Below, in pieces: positions 35,837-44,706 of a stretch of 51,000 bases of DNA. Each line of letters starts with the position of its first letter. Position 1 is the stretch's first letter. The position numbers and the translations under genes were made by a program. The notes below the pieces were generated by a model. That model saw only the letters and a list, made by a program, of their open reading frames with translations. It was not told the DNA's origin and made no database searches. The stretch is from Fidelibacterota bacterium (lineage in GTDB: Bacteria; Fidelibacterota; UBA2242), in NCBI GenBank assembly GCA_041645495.1, contig JBAZPZ010000004.1, positions 1 through 51,000 of the forward strand. The letters run 5' to 3'.

Positions 35837-36829
35837 ATGTTCTATTTTGCAGACTGGTACTTTCTATTTTTATTGATAGCGATCCCGGCGATCGTCTGGT
35901 GGTATCGGCGAAAAGGTCACCGGAAAGAGGCCACCTTTCGTTTTCCGTCTATTCAATCCGTCCGGGAAATTTCCGGCGATAGACAAAAGTGGAAAATACA
36001 GGCGCTTTTTCTGATGAAACCGACAGCCGTCGTTTTGCTCATTCTTGCGCTGGCGCGACCGCAGAGCGGATCGAACACGCGCGAGTTTTCGACGGAAGGA
36101 ATCGACATCATTCTCGTTCTCGACATTTCCGGATCGATGGGCGCGATCGACTTCAAGCCGAACCGCATGGAAGCCGCCAAATCCGTTGCGATGAATTTTA
36201 TCGAAGGCAGGAAAGACGACCGCATCGGACTGGTCGTTTTCGCCGCTGAGAGCTTTTTGCAATGCCCGCTAACTATCGACTACGATGTGCTGAAAGGACT
36301 GCTGAAGCAGGTGACGATCGTCGAACAAAAATATGACGGGACGGCGATCGGAATGGCCATCGCCAACGCGGTCAATCGTCTGCGTGATAGTCAGGCGAAA
36401 AGCCACGTCATGATCTTGCTTTCGGACGGTCGAAACAACGCCGGTGAACTCGATCCCAGCACCGCGGCGAATATGGCCAAGGCATTCGACATCAAAATAT
36501 ACACGATCGGAGCCGGAAAACGCGGGCAGGCGCCTTACCCGGTTCGGTTCCCGGACGGTCGCATCGAATACCGGATGATGGATGTGGAGATCGACGAAGG
36601 CATTTTGAATGCCATCGCCGAGACGACGGGCGGAAAATATTTTCGTGCAACCGACGAAAAAAGCTTATCGACGATCTACAACGAAATCAGCAAAATGGAA
36701 AAAACCGAAGTGAAGGTGAAGGAATTCACGAATTATCGCGACCTGTATGTGTGGTTTCTTTTACCGGGAATTCTGCTGCTTTTCGTCAGCGCCGGATTGG
36801 GACAATCGTTCTGGAGGAAAATGCCGTAA
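35837..36829 (+). CDS. batA: VWA-domain membrane protein BatA
   Basis: N-terminal TM helix, MIDAS motif DISGSM, C-terminal TM helix. First gene of the batA-E order. Confidence 0.8.
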   Translation: MFYFADWYFLFLLIAIPAIVWWYRRKGHRKEATFRFPSIQSVREISGDRQKWKIQALFLMKPTAVVLLILALARPQSGSNTREFSTEGIDIILVLDISGSMGAIDFKPNRMEAAKSVAMNFIEGRKDDRIGLVVFAAESFLQCPLTIDYDVLKGLLKQVTIVEQKYDGTAIGMAIANAVNRLRDSQAKSHVMILLSDGRNNAGELDPSTAANMAKAFDIKIYTIGAGKRGQAPYPVRFPDGRIEYRMMDVEIDEGILNAIAETTGGKYFRATDEKSLSTIYNEISKMEKTEVKVKEFTNYRDLYVWFLLPGILLLFVSAGLGQSFWRKMP

Positions 36830-37848
36830 TGGTTAAATTCGCGCATCCGGGATTGTTTTGGCTGTTTTTACTCTTTGCGGGAATCATCGTGCTTCTCATC
36901 GTTTACCGGATTCGCCGGAAAAACGATCTCCGCTTACTGGCCGGCGACGATCTGTCTAATAAACTTCTGGACGATTTCAGCCCGACGATGCGGCGGATCA
37001 AAGAAAATCTGTTGATTTGGGGACTTCTCTTTTTGGTGATCGCCGCGATCGGACCGAAAGTGGGAAAGAAACTCGCCGAAATCAAACGGCGCGGCATCGA
37101 CGTCATTATTGCACTCGACACTTCCGTCAGCATGAGAGCCGAAGATATCAAGCCAAGCCGTCTGGAGCGGGCGAAATACGAGGCGGGAAAATTCATCGAA
37201 GGACTTCAGGGCGACCGGATCGGCGTCGTGACGTTTGCCGGAACGGCTTACCTGCAATGTCCGTTGACGCTGGATTACAGCGCCGCCAAGTTATTTCTCG
37301 ACGCAATCGACACCGGCGTCATCGGAACGCAAGGCACGGCCATCGCGGATGCGATTCAAACGGCGGCAAAGGCGCTCGATTCGAAGGATAAAAAGCACAA
37401 GGCCGTGATCCTGATTTCCGACGGCGAAGATCATGAGGGCGAGATTGAAAGCGTCATCGAACAGGCTGAAGAGGAAGGCATCGTGATTTATGCCATCGGC
37501 GTCGGAACATCGACGGGCGCTCCGATTCCCGTACCAAGCACAGACGGCATGGGAATGGAATTTAAAAAAGACCGATCCGGACGAATCGTGACGACGGCGA
37601 TGGACGAGACCGTTCTGCGCCAGATTGCGAACGCGACCGACGGCAAATTCTATTCGCTCAATCAGACCACTGACGCATTCGGGAAGATTTACAAAGAAAT
37701 CCTGCAGATGGACAAAAAGGATTTGCGCTCCCACGAATACAGCGATTATCAGGAACGGTATCAAATATTCCTGGCGATCGGATTGTTGCTTCTCATCGCC
37801 GAGATCGTCCTACCGGAGAAAATAAAACGCAAAGCGGAAGAAGAATGA
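36829..37848 (+). CDS. batB: VWA-domain membrane protein BatB
   Basis: Start MVKFAHPGLFW at ATG 36829 (TAATG junction). MIDAS motif DTSVSM, with terminal TM helices. Confidence 0.8.
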   Translation: MVKFAHPGLFWLFLLFAGIIVLLIVYRIRRKNDLRLLAGDDLSNKLLDDFSPTMRRIKENLLIWGLLFLVIAAIGPKVGKKLAEIKRRGIDVIIALDTSVSMRAEDIKPSRLERAKYEAGKFIEGLQGDRIGVVTFAGTAYLQCPLTLDYSAAKLFLDAIDTGVIGTQGTAIADAIQTAAKALDSKDKKHKAVILISDGEDHEGEIESVIEQAEEEGIVIYAIGVGTSTGAPIPVPSTDGMGMEFKKDRSGRIVTTAMDETVLRQIANATDGKFYSLNQTTDAFGKIYKEILQMDKKDLRSHEYSDYQERYQIFLAIGLLLLIAEIVLPEKIKRKAEEE

Positions 37849-38558
37849 TGAAGTTTCTCAAAATAGACAGGTTGTTCATCGGAGTTTTCTTTCTGACAAT
37901 GGCGGCCGGAAATGTGTTTTCGGCGGATGGTGCGCTGAAACTCTATCAAAAAGGCAAATACGACGACGCCATCCGAAAATACAACCGCATCATCAAAGAT
38001 CATCCGGATTGGGAAGAGGCGCATTACGGCAAAGGCGCCGCGTTGTACAAATCCAATCAGGTCGAAGAGGCTATCCGGGAATTTGAAAGCGCCATTCCGA
38101 TGAAAGATCCAAAACAGAAGTCCGCCGTTTTATACAACATGGGCAACGCCCTCTATCAGGCCAATCGCATCGACGAGAGTTTGCAGTTCTACAAAAAAGC
38201 TCTCGAACTGAATCCGAAGGACATGGACGCCAAGTACAACTATGAACTGGCCAAAGCCATGCTGAAACAGCAAAACTCCCAGGACAAACAACAGAGCGAC
38301 CAAAATCAACAGAAAAAGGATCAGAAAGATCAGCAACAAAATGGGCAAAACAAACAGGAACAACAGCAAAAAGAGCAACAGAAACAGAACGCCCGGCATC
38401 CCGAAGATTCGGGACAGATGAAAAACCGAAAAGAAAAAGAGAAAGATCAGAAAGAAGCCGCCCAAATTCTGGATGCTCTCAAAGAGAACGAGAAGAATCT
38501 GATGCAGGAACGAATGAAAATACAGTATTCCGGAATCAAGAAGGAAAAAGACTGGTGA
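37845..38558 (+). CDS. batC: TPR-repeat protein BatC with a Gln/Lys-rich C-terminal half
   Basis: TPR motifs (...YGKGAALYKSNQVEEAIREFESAI..., ...YNMGNALYQANRIDESLQFYKKALELNP). Position between batB and batD. Confidence 0.7.
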   Translation: MMKFLKIDRLFIGVFFLTMAAGNVFSADGALKLYQKGKYDDAIRKYNRIIKDHPDWEEAHYGKGAALYKSNQVEEAIREFESAIPMKDPKQKSAVLYNMGNALYQANRIDESLQFYKKALELNPKDMDAKYNYELAKAMLKQQNSQDKQQSDQNQQKKDQKDQQQNGQNKQEQQQKEQQKQNARHPEDSGQMKNRKEKEKDQKEAAQILDALKENEKNLMQERMKIQYSGIKKEKDW

Positions 38559-40387
38559 GCGCTACAAAACGATCCAATTCTTTGCTTATTCTGTTTTTTC
38601 TGCTTGTGCTGACCGGCGCGACGATTGCCGATGAACTCCGTGTTTCAGCGTCCGCCGACCCGAATCAAATCACCGCCGACGACCTGATCACTTTCACGAT
38701 TCAAATCGAAGGAACGAGTGATTTTCCAAACGTTCCGCCACCGCAAAGTCCGGACTTCGTCATCGTTGCCGGGCCATCTCAATCCAGCAGCATCCAGATC
38801 ATCAACGGCCGCATGAACGCCTCAAAAATGATCAGTTGGCGGTTAGCGCCGACCAAGACCGGCAAGTTGGTCATTCCACCCGTTTCGATCACGTATCGAA
38901 GGAACGTTTACAAAACCGAACCAGTGACCGTTAACGTTTTGGGACAATCGGCTTCGCAACCGCCGGCAAAGCAGAATCCGCCCGCCCAGCAACCGAACAC
39001 ATCGCAGGGCGCGGGTGTTTTATTGAAAGCTATCCCGTCGAAAACGACGATTTATAAAGGCGAAGAACTGGGCGTCGCTTTTACGCTCTATTTTAAAAAT
39101 GTCCGAACCTACGCGCCGAAAAAACTGCCGGATGCGAAAGGATTCTGGATCGAAGAATTTCCCATCAAAACCGAACCCGAGGTCACGACGGAAAATTTAA
39201 ACGGAGTGACCTATAAAAAGGCGATCATCAAACGACTGGCTCTGTTCCCAACGACTTCCGGCGATTTGGTAATCGATCCGTTCGTCATCGACGTGGAAGT
39301 GATCGTTCCGTCCCAAAAAAGGCGCTCGATTTTCGACGATTTCTTCGACGACTCGTTTTTCGACAACTCATTCGGCGAGGCGAAAGTCGTCAGCGTTTCG
39401 TCCAGTCCGGTTCGCGTGACCGTCCGGGACTTGCCGGAGTCGGGTAAACCATCCAATTATTCCGGAGCCGTCGGCAGATTCACGATTTCGGCATCGATCG
39501 ATACCGCCGAGACGACCGAAGATCAGGCCCTGACACTGAAATATCAGATTTCTGGCACAGGCAATGTCGGCTCGCTGAAAATGCCCGAACTGCAACTTCC
39601 GAATACGCTGGAAGTGTTCGAGCCGAAGATCGGAAAGAGCGTCAACAACCAGGGAAATGCGATTTCCGGAACAGTGACCTACGAATATGTACTGATCCCG
39701 CGGAGTTCAGGACTCATCCGGATTCCGCCGGTCACTTTTTCCTATTTCGATCCGAATCGCGACGGCTACGTCAGCGTGACTGCGAGAGGATTTGACGTTC
39801 GGGTCAATCCCAAAGGAAAAATGTTCGCATCAGATCAGTCCGGTTTGAACAAAGAAGAGGTTTCGCTTTTGGGGCAGGATATCCGGTTTATCCGACGCGA
39901 CAATTCCGGATGGAATAAGATCGGCAGTTCGGTTTTTTCGGAGATTTGGTTTTGGCTCTTGACGATCTCATCCGTAGTGATTTTTTCCGGCGCATTCGGT
40001 TTCCGGTGGTGGGCGGAAAAGATGGTAACGAATATTTCCTTCGCGCGCAAACGCCGCGCCTTGCCGAAATCCCAGAAAGGATTTGCGCAATTAGATGAAA
40101 AAATGAAATTAGGCGATCTGTCGGATTTTGCCTCGATCTTGAATCAAATTCTCGTCAACTTTATTTCCGATCGCCTGAATTTACCGTCGGCAGGAATCAG
40201 CACGCCGGAGATAGAAGTCTGTCTGAAGAAAAAAGGAGTTCCCGAGGAAACAGTTTCCCGGGTCGTTGTGATTTTATCGGAACTGGAACAATTACGATTT
40301 TTACCTTCCGCCGCCGATGCTGAGAGATATTCGATATTGGTTAAAGAGGAAAAAGAACTGATAACGCTTTTGAGCAAGGCAATCTGA
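38555..40387 (+). CDS. batD: BatD-family (oxygen tolerance) protein
   Basis: 610 aa. It has a signal peptide, repeated beta-rich modules, a single TM helix near residue 470 and a cytoplasmic tail, matching BatD size and topology and its operon position. GTG start (GTGA overlap). Confidence 0.75.
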   Translation: MSATKRSNSLLILFFLLVLTGATIADELRVSASADPNQITADDLITFTIQIEGTSDFPNVPPPQSPDFVIVAGPSQSSSIQIINGRMNASKMISWRLAPTKTGKLVIPPVSITYRRNVYKTEPVTVNVLGQSASQPPAKQNPPAQQPNTSQGAGVLLKAIPSKTTIYKGEELGVAFTLYFKNVRTYAPKKLPDAKGFWIEEFPIKTEPEVTTENLNGVTYKKAIIKRLALFPTTSGDLVIDPFVIDVEVIVPSQKRRSIFDDFFDDSFFDNSFGEAKVVSVSSSPVRVTVRDLPESGKPSNYSGAVGRFTISASIDTAETTEDQALTLKYQISGTGNVGSLKMPELQLPNTLEVFEPKIGKSVNNQGNAISGTVTYEYVLIPRSSGLIRIPPVTFSYFDPNRDGYVSVTARGFDVRVNPKGKMFASDQSGLNKEEVSLLGQDIRFIRRDNSGWNKIGSSVFSEIWFWLLTISSVVIFSGAFGFRWWAEKMVTNISFARKRRALPKSQKGFAQLDEKMKLGDLSDFASILNQILVNFISDRLNLPSAGISTPEIEVCLKKKGVPEETVSRVVVILSELEQLRFLPSAADAERYSILVKEEKELITLLSKAI

Positions 40388-40388
40388 T

Positions 40389-41156
40389 ATGAACGTACGC
40401 GAAATCTTCATCGTGATTTGGGTGAGTTTGACTTCCATGGCATTCGCCGGAAACGATCAAAGCGCCGATTATTTATTTGAAAAAGGTAACACCGCATATC
40501 AAAACGAGAACTATTCGGAAGCGATCGACCAATACCAGTCGATTTTAGCGCTGGGACTCGAAAGCGGTTCGCTGTATTACAATCTGGGAAATGCCTACTA
40601 TCGCACCGGTGCCATCGGGCTGGCGATTTTGAATTACGAACGCGCACTGAAATGGTTGCCGAATGACGAGAACGTCCGGTTCAACCTCAAATTGGCAAAC
40701 CTGACCGTCAAAGACCGGATCGATCCGCCACCCGAATTCTTCCTGTTTCGCTGGGTCCGGCAGGCAACGAATCTGCTTTCTTCCAGAGGTTGGGGATTGC
40801 TCGTGGCGATTTTTCTATTCATCGCGTCGGTTGCCGTTGCCGTCTTGACACTCGCCGAAGCCAAGCGGTTCCGGACGTCACTGAAATATCTGACGGGAAT
40901 CTCAGCCGCTATCGTGCTGATCTCCGTAGCCGCGATGATTCCGAGACATCGGATCGAAACGGGGCAAAACGCGGGCATCATCATTCATTACAGTGTTCGG
41001 AGTTTAGCCGCGCCGCAGGAAGGAAGTACGGAATTGTTCATCGTTCATGAGGGCACGAAAGTCGCGATTCTCGACAAAGACGGTGATTGGCTGAAAATAG
41101 AATTGATCGACGGAAAGCAGGGGTGGATTCCAGCCGATGACATCGGTACAATCTGA
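40389..41156 (+). CDS. batE: TPR plus C-terminal SH3-like domain protein BatE
   Basis: TPR (YNLGNAYYRTGAIGLAILNYERALKWLP), TM helices, and a C-terminal SH3b-like ...GDWLKIELIDGKQGWIPADDI. Confidence 0.7.
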   Translation: MNVREIFIVIWVSLTSMAFAGNDQSADYLFEKGNTAYQNENYSEAIDQYQSILALGLESGSLYYNLGNAYYRTGAIGLAILNYERALKWLPNDENVRFNLKLANLTVKDRIDPPPEFFLFRWVRQATNLLSSRGWGLLVAIFLFIASVAVAVLTLAEAKRFRTSLKYLTGISAAIVLISVAAMIPRHRIETGQNAGIIIHYSVRSLAAPQEGSTELFIVHEGTKVAILDKDGDWLKIELIDGKQGWIPADDIGTI

Positions 41157-41229
41157 TGACGTCCGATTTTGATGTTATCTTTTCCTATTATTCTCAATAT
41201 TTCTTATATTTTATCCGGTTTGTTCAAAA

Positions 41230-41712
41230 ATGTCGATGAAAAAATACTTCACCTGGATTCTTTTGCTCTTCATCTTCAACATACCGTTTTCCCAGACGCT
41301 TCCGCCGCAAGACGAGACGTTCAATCCATTGACACTGAACGAACCCGCTTTGCCCTTGCTTGACGGCACGGTCGTTCAGGAAATCATCTCGGACATCGCC
41401 ACGCCCGTTTCCTCGAATCGTATAGCAGGCGATTCGCTGAAGACAATCGAAAAGACAGGCTGGAAAGTACAAGCGTTCATCACCAACGATTTCGATCTGG
41501 CCGACTCGGTTTATCGGCAATTGCTGGCCGCTTTTCCGCCGGAAGATGTCGAAAAGGCATTTCATTCGCCCAATTATAAAATTCGGATCGGAAACTGTCA
41601 AACGCGCGAGGAAGCGGAACGCGTGTTGAAACGCGTGGAAGGTCTTGGGTTTCACGAAGCCTGGATCGTTCAGACAAAAATCAAATCAAAGGAACGAATA
41701 ATTTCCTATTGA
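41230..41712 (+). CDS. SPOR-domain (septal peptidoglycan-binding) protein
   Basis: Signal peptide. C-terminal GWKVQAF...YKIRIGNCQTREEAERVLKRVEGLGFHEAWIV fits the SPOR fold pattern. Confidence 0.7.
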   Translation: MSMKKYFTWILLLFIFNIPFSQTLPPQDETFNPLTLNEPALPLLDGTVVQEIISDIATPVSSNRIAGDSLKTIEKTGWKVQAFITNDFDLADSVYRQLLAAFPPEDVEKAFHSPNYKIRIGNCQTREEAERVLKRVEGLGFHEAWIVQTKIKSKERIISY

Positions 41713-41741
41713 TAGAAAAATTAAAGTAAAGGAAGGTACAC

Positions 41742-42497
41742 ATGTCAGGCCATTCAAAATGGAGCACAATAAAAAGAAAAAAGGGCGCTCTTGATGCAAA
41801 ACGCGGCAGAACGTTCACGAAGATCATCAAGGAAATTCAGGTCGCCGCGAAAATGGGCGGCGGTGATGAAAATTCCAATCCCCGTCTGAGAGCGGCTATT
41901 CAGGCCGCCAAAGCCGCGAACATGCCGCTCATTAACGTCGAACGCGCTATCAAAAAAGGAACAGGCGAACTCGAAGGCACCGTTTACGAAGAGATCAACT
42001 ATGAAGCGTACGGACCCGGCGGCGTCGCGATTCTCATGGAATCCATGACCGACAACAAGAATCGCACGGTTTCGGAGATCCGCCACATTCTTTCACGCGC
42101 AGGCGGCAACCTTGCCACGGCCGGAAGCGTTGCCTACAATTTTGAGAAAAAAGGCGTCATTACGGTCGATAAAAAAGTCTGTACCGAAGACGATCTCTTG
42201 CTCATCGTGACTGACGCCGGTGCGGACGATCTGACGGTCGAAGGCGAATATTACGAAGTCAGCGTCGAGCCGCATTCGTTTGAAGCCGTCAAAAATGCGC
42301 TGAACACCAGCAATATTCCCGTCGCAGAGTCTTCGATCACGATGGTTCCGAAGAACACGGTTAAATTAGACGAAAAAACGGCCCAAAAAATTCTCTCGCT
42401 CATGGACGCGCTCGAAGAGCACGAAGATATTCAAAACGTTTACGGAAACTTTGACATCGATGACGCGATTCTGAGCAAACTTCAGGAAAATGCCTGA
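41742..42497 (+). CDS. yebC: YebC/PmpR-family DNA-binding transcriptional regulator
   Basis: MSGHSKWSTIKRKKGALDAKRG... is the invariant YebC N-terminus. 251 aa. Confidence 0.95.
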   Translation: MSGHSKWSTIKRKKGALDAKRGRTFTKIIKEIQVAAKMGGGDENSNPRLRAAIQAAKAANMPLINVERAIKKGTGELEGTVYEEINYEAYGPGGVAILMESMTDNKNRTVSEIRHILSRAGGNLATAGSVAYNFEKKGVITVDKKVCTEDDLLLIVTDAGADDLTVEGEYYEVSVEPHSFEAVKNALNTSNIPVAESSITMVPKNTVKLDEKTAQKILSLMDALEEHEDIQNVYGNFDIDDAILSKLQENA

Positions 42498-42991
42498 TGG
42501 TTCAAGAAATTCGGGTTATCGGCGTCGATCATGGTATTCATCATACCGGTTACGGTGTCCTGAAGAAAACTGCGGACAAAATCGTTTGTCTGGATCAGGG
42601 CTCCATCGACACGTCGCCGAACGATCCGTTTCCTCAAAGACTTCAAAAAATCTATAATGAACTCGTCATCGTTATTCAAAAATGGCAACCCGACATGATG
42701 GTCGTCGAAGAAGCCATTTACGCGCAAAATATCCACATCGCTTTGATGATGGGACATGCGCGCGGCGTCGTTCTATTGGCTGGCGTGAACAGCGGCGTCG
42801 AGGTTTGTGAATACGCGCCGAAGAAAATCAAATCCTCCGTCGTCGGCAACGGTAATGCGACGAAGGAGCAGGTTCGCTTCATGGTTTCGCGTATTCTGGG
42901 AATCGATGAAAAATCCCTAAAACTCGACGCCTCCGATGCCTTAGCCGCCGCCATTTGTCATCTCAACCAAAACCGATTGATTAACAGGTGA
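42497..42991 (+). CDS. ruvC: Crossover junction endodeoxyribonuclease RuvC
   Basis: IGVDHG..., VVEEAIY, and a DASDALAAAICH C-terminus. Confidence 0.95.
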   Translation: MVQEIRVIGVDHGIHHTGYGVLKKTADKIVCLDQGSIDTSPNDPFPQRLQKIYNELVIVIQKWQPDMMVVEEAIYAQNIHIALMMGHARGVVLLAGVNSGVEVCEYAPKKIKSSVVGNGNATKEQVRFMVSRILGIDEKSLKLDASDALAAAICHLNQNRLINR

Positions 42992-42993
42992 CG

Positions 42994-43587
42994 ATGTTTG
43001 CCTATTTAAAAGGAATTCTGGAACACAAAGAGCCAACGATGGTGATTCTCGACGTCAACGGCGTCGGCTACCAGATAACGATTCCGCTTTCGACGTACGA
43101 ATCGCTACCGGCGCCGCATCAGATGGCGAAACTGCTGACCTATTTTCACGTCCGCGAAGATATTCAGGCGCTGTACGGATTCGCGACAACCGACGAAAGA
43201 AACCTTTTTCTGATGCTGATCGGTATTTCGGGAATCGGGCCGAAAATGGCCATCACGATTCTCTCAGGCGCTTCACCGGAACATTTCAAGAGGCGCATCA
43301 TTTCGGGCGACGTCAAAGCATTGACGCTGATCCCGGGCATTGGACTGAAAACTGCCAAACGCATCATCATTGAACTCCGTGAAAAACTGGTCGGCAAAGA
43401 TGAAACGGTTCCGGAAGAGATGGACGAATTTTCCGCCGGGCAGGATCGCGATGAAGCGTTGAAGGCGTTACTATCGCTCGGTTATCGTCGGAGCGAGGCG
43501 CTGAATGCTTTGAAGAAAGCGCATCAGCAGATCGGCGAAAACGGCACTGTCGAGCAATATGTCAAAGTCGCATTGAATAAAATGTAA
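42994..43587 (+). CDS. ruvA: Holliday junction branch migration complex subunit RuvA
   Basis: MFAYLKGIL...VNGVGYQI..., and HhH motifs GISGIGPKMA / IPGIGLKTAKRI. ATG 42994 is preferred over GTG 42988. Confidence 0.95.
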   Translation: MFAYLKGILEHKEPTMVILDVNGVGYQITIPLSTYESLPAPHQMAKLLTYFHVREDIQALYGFATTDERNLFLMLIGISGIGPKMAITILSGASPEHFKRRIISGDVKALTLIPGIGLKTAKRIIIELREKLVGKDETVPEEMDEFSAGQDRDEALKALLSLGYRRSEALNALKKAHQQIGENGTVEQYVKVALNKM

Positions 43588-43602
43588 AAAAAGGATCGAA
43601 TC

Positions 43603-44706
43603 ATGGACGAAAACATGAATGTCAAGAAAACGCCCTTTTATGAAAAACACGTCGCTCTCGGCGCCAAAATTCTGCCATTTGCCGGCTATTTTATGCCGAT
43701 CCAGTACGCCAGCATTCTGGACGAGCACCGCGCGGTGCGGGAAAAGGTCGGCGTCTTCGACGTCACGCACATGGGCGAGTTTATCGTCACCGGCGAAAAC
43801 GCGGGAAAATTTCTCAACACGATTACGATTAACGATATTTCCAAACTCCTTGTCGGTCAGGTTCAGTATTCGGCGATGTGTTATCCGGACGGCGGTATTG
43901 TCGATGATTTGCTCGTCTATCGCTTTCCGGACTATTACATGCTCGTCGTAAACGCTTCGAATCTGGAGAAGGATTTCAACTGGATAAAAGAGCATGTTAC
44001 TGCCGGCGTTTCGCTGAAAAATATATCGGACGAGACCAGCTTGCTGGCGATTCAGGGACCGAAGTCGTTTGCCACGCTTCAAAAATTGACGACCGTCGAT
44101 CTTGAATCGATCCCGTTTTATCACTTCGCGGAAGGCGAACTCGCGGGCATTCCAATGATCATTTCCCGAACCGGTTACACCGGCGAGCGTGGCTTCGAAC
44201 TCTATCACAAACCAGAATTCAGTGAAAAACTCTGGAACGCAATTTTCGAGGCCGGAAAGGAATTTGGAATTCAGCCGATCGGTCTCGGCGCGCGCGATAC
44301 GCTGAGACTCGAAATGAAGTACGCGCTGTACGGCAACGACATCGACCAGACGACGAATCCCATCGAAGCGGGACTCGGCTGGATCACCAAACTCGACAAA
44401 GGCGATTTTATCGGTCGGGACGTTCTGGTAAAAGTCAAGGAAGCGCCGGCCGTTCGGCGAAATGTTCCGTTTGAAATGCTCGAGCGCGCGATTCCGCGGC
44501 ACGGCTATAAAGTTTTTGCCAACGGAAAAGAGATCGGCGTTGTCACCAGCGGAACACAATCGCCGACGCTGAACAAGGGAATCGGTGCCGCGTACGTTTC
44601 GGCTAAATTCAGCAAAACCGGTTCTATCATTGAAATCGACATTCGGGGAAAAATGAACAAGGCAGTTGTCGTCAATGCACCGTTTGTCCCGTCGCATACG
44701 TTATGA
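43603..44706 (+). CDS. gcvT: Glycine cleavage system aminomethyltransferase GcvT
   Basis: KKTPFYEKHVALGAKILPFAGYFMPIQY..., GVFDVTHMGEF, SRTGYTGERGFEL, and GLGARDTLRLEM. Confidence 0.95.
   Translation: MDENMNVKKTPFYEKHVALGAKILPFAGYFMPIQYASILDEHRAVREKVGVFDVTHMGEFIVTGENAGKFLNTITINDISKLLVGQVQYSAMCYPDGGIVDDLLVYRFPDYYMLVVNASNLEKDFNWIKEHVTAGVSLKNISDETSLLAIQGPKSFATLQKLTTVDLESIPFYHFAEGELAGIPMIISRTGYTGERGFELYHKPEFSEKLWNAIFEAGKEFGIQPIGLGARDTLRLEMKYALYGNDIDQTTNPIEAGLGWITKLDKGDFIGRDVLVKVKEAPAVRRNVPFEMLERAIPRHGYKVFANGKEIGVVTSGTQSPTLNKGIGAAYVSAKFSKTGSIIEIDIRGKMNKAVVVNAPFVPSHTL

Noticed and set aside
38270-38470. Repetitive caa/cag/aaa DNA considered as a non-coding tandem repeat or CRISPR-like array.
   Set aside because: It lies in frame within batC and encodes a Gln/Lys-rich tract. 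The units are short and irregular, with no repeat-spacer structure.
41169-41363. A 64 aa ORF between batE and the SPOR gene.
   Set aside because: It overlaps the SPOR gene start in another frame. It has no RBS and no recognisable features, whereas the SPOR ORF has a proper signal peptide.
43471-44697. A 408 aa ORF antisense to gcvT. Similar long antisense ORFs lie at 22131-23285 (in rel), 45489-46373 (in ftsK), 6025-6738, 2194-2949, 17147-17887, 8105-8764 and 9586-10251.
   Set aside because: Each lies entirely inside a sense-strand gene with unmistakable family motifs. Their translations are Arg/Phe/Asp-rich low-information sequences with no recognisable motifs. These are typical shadow ORFs caused by codon bias.
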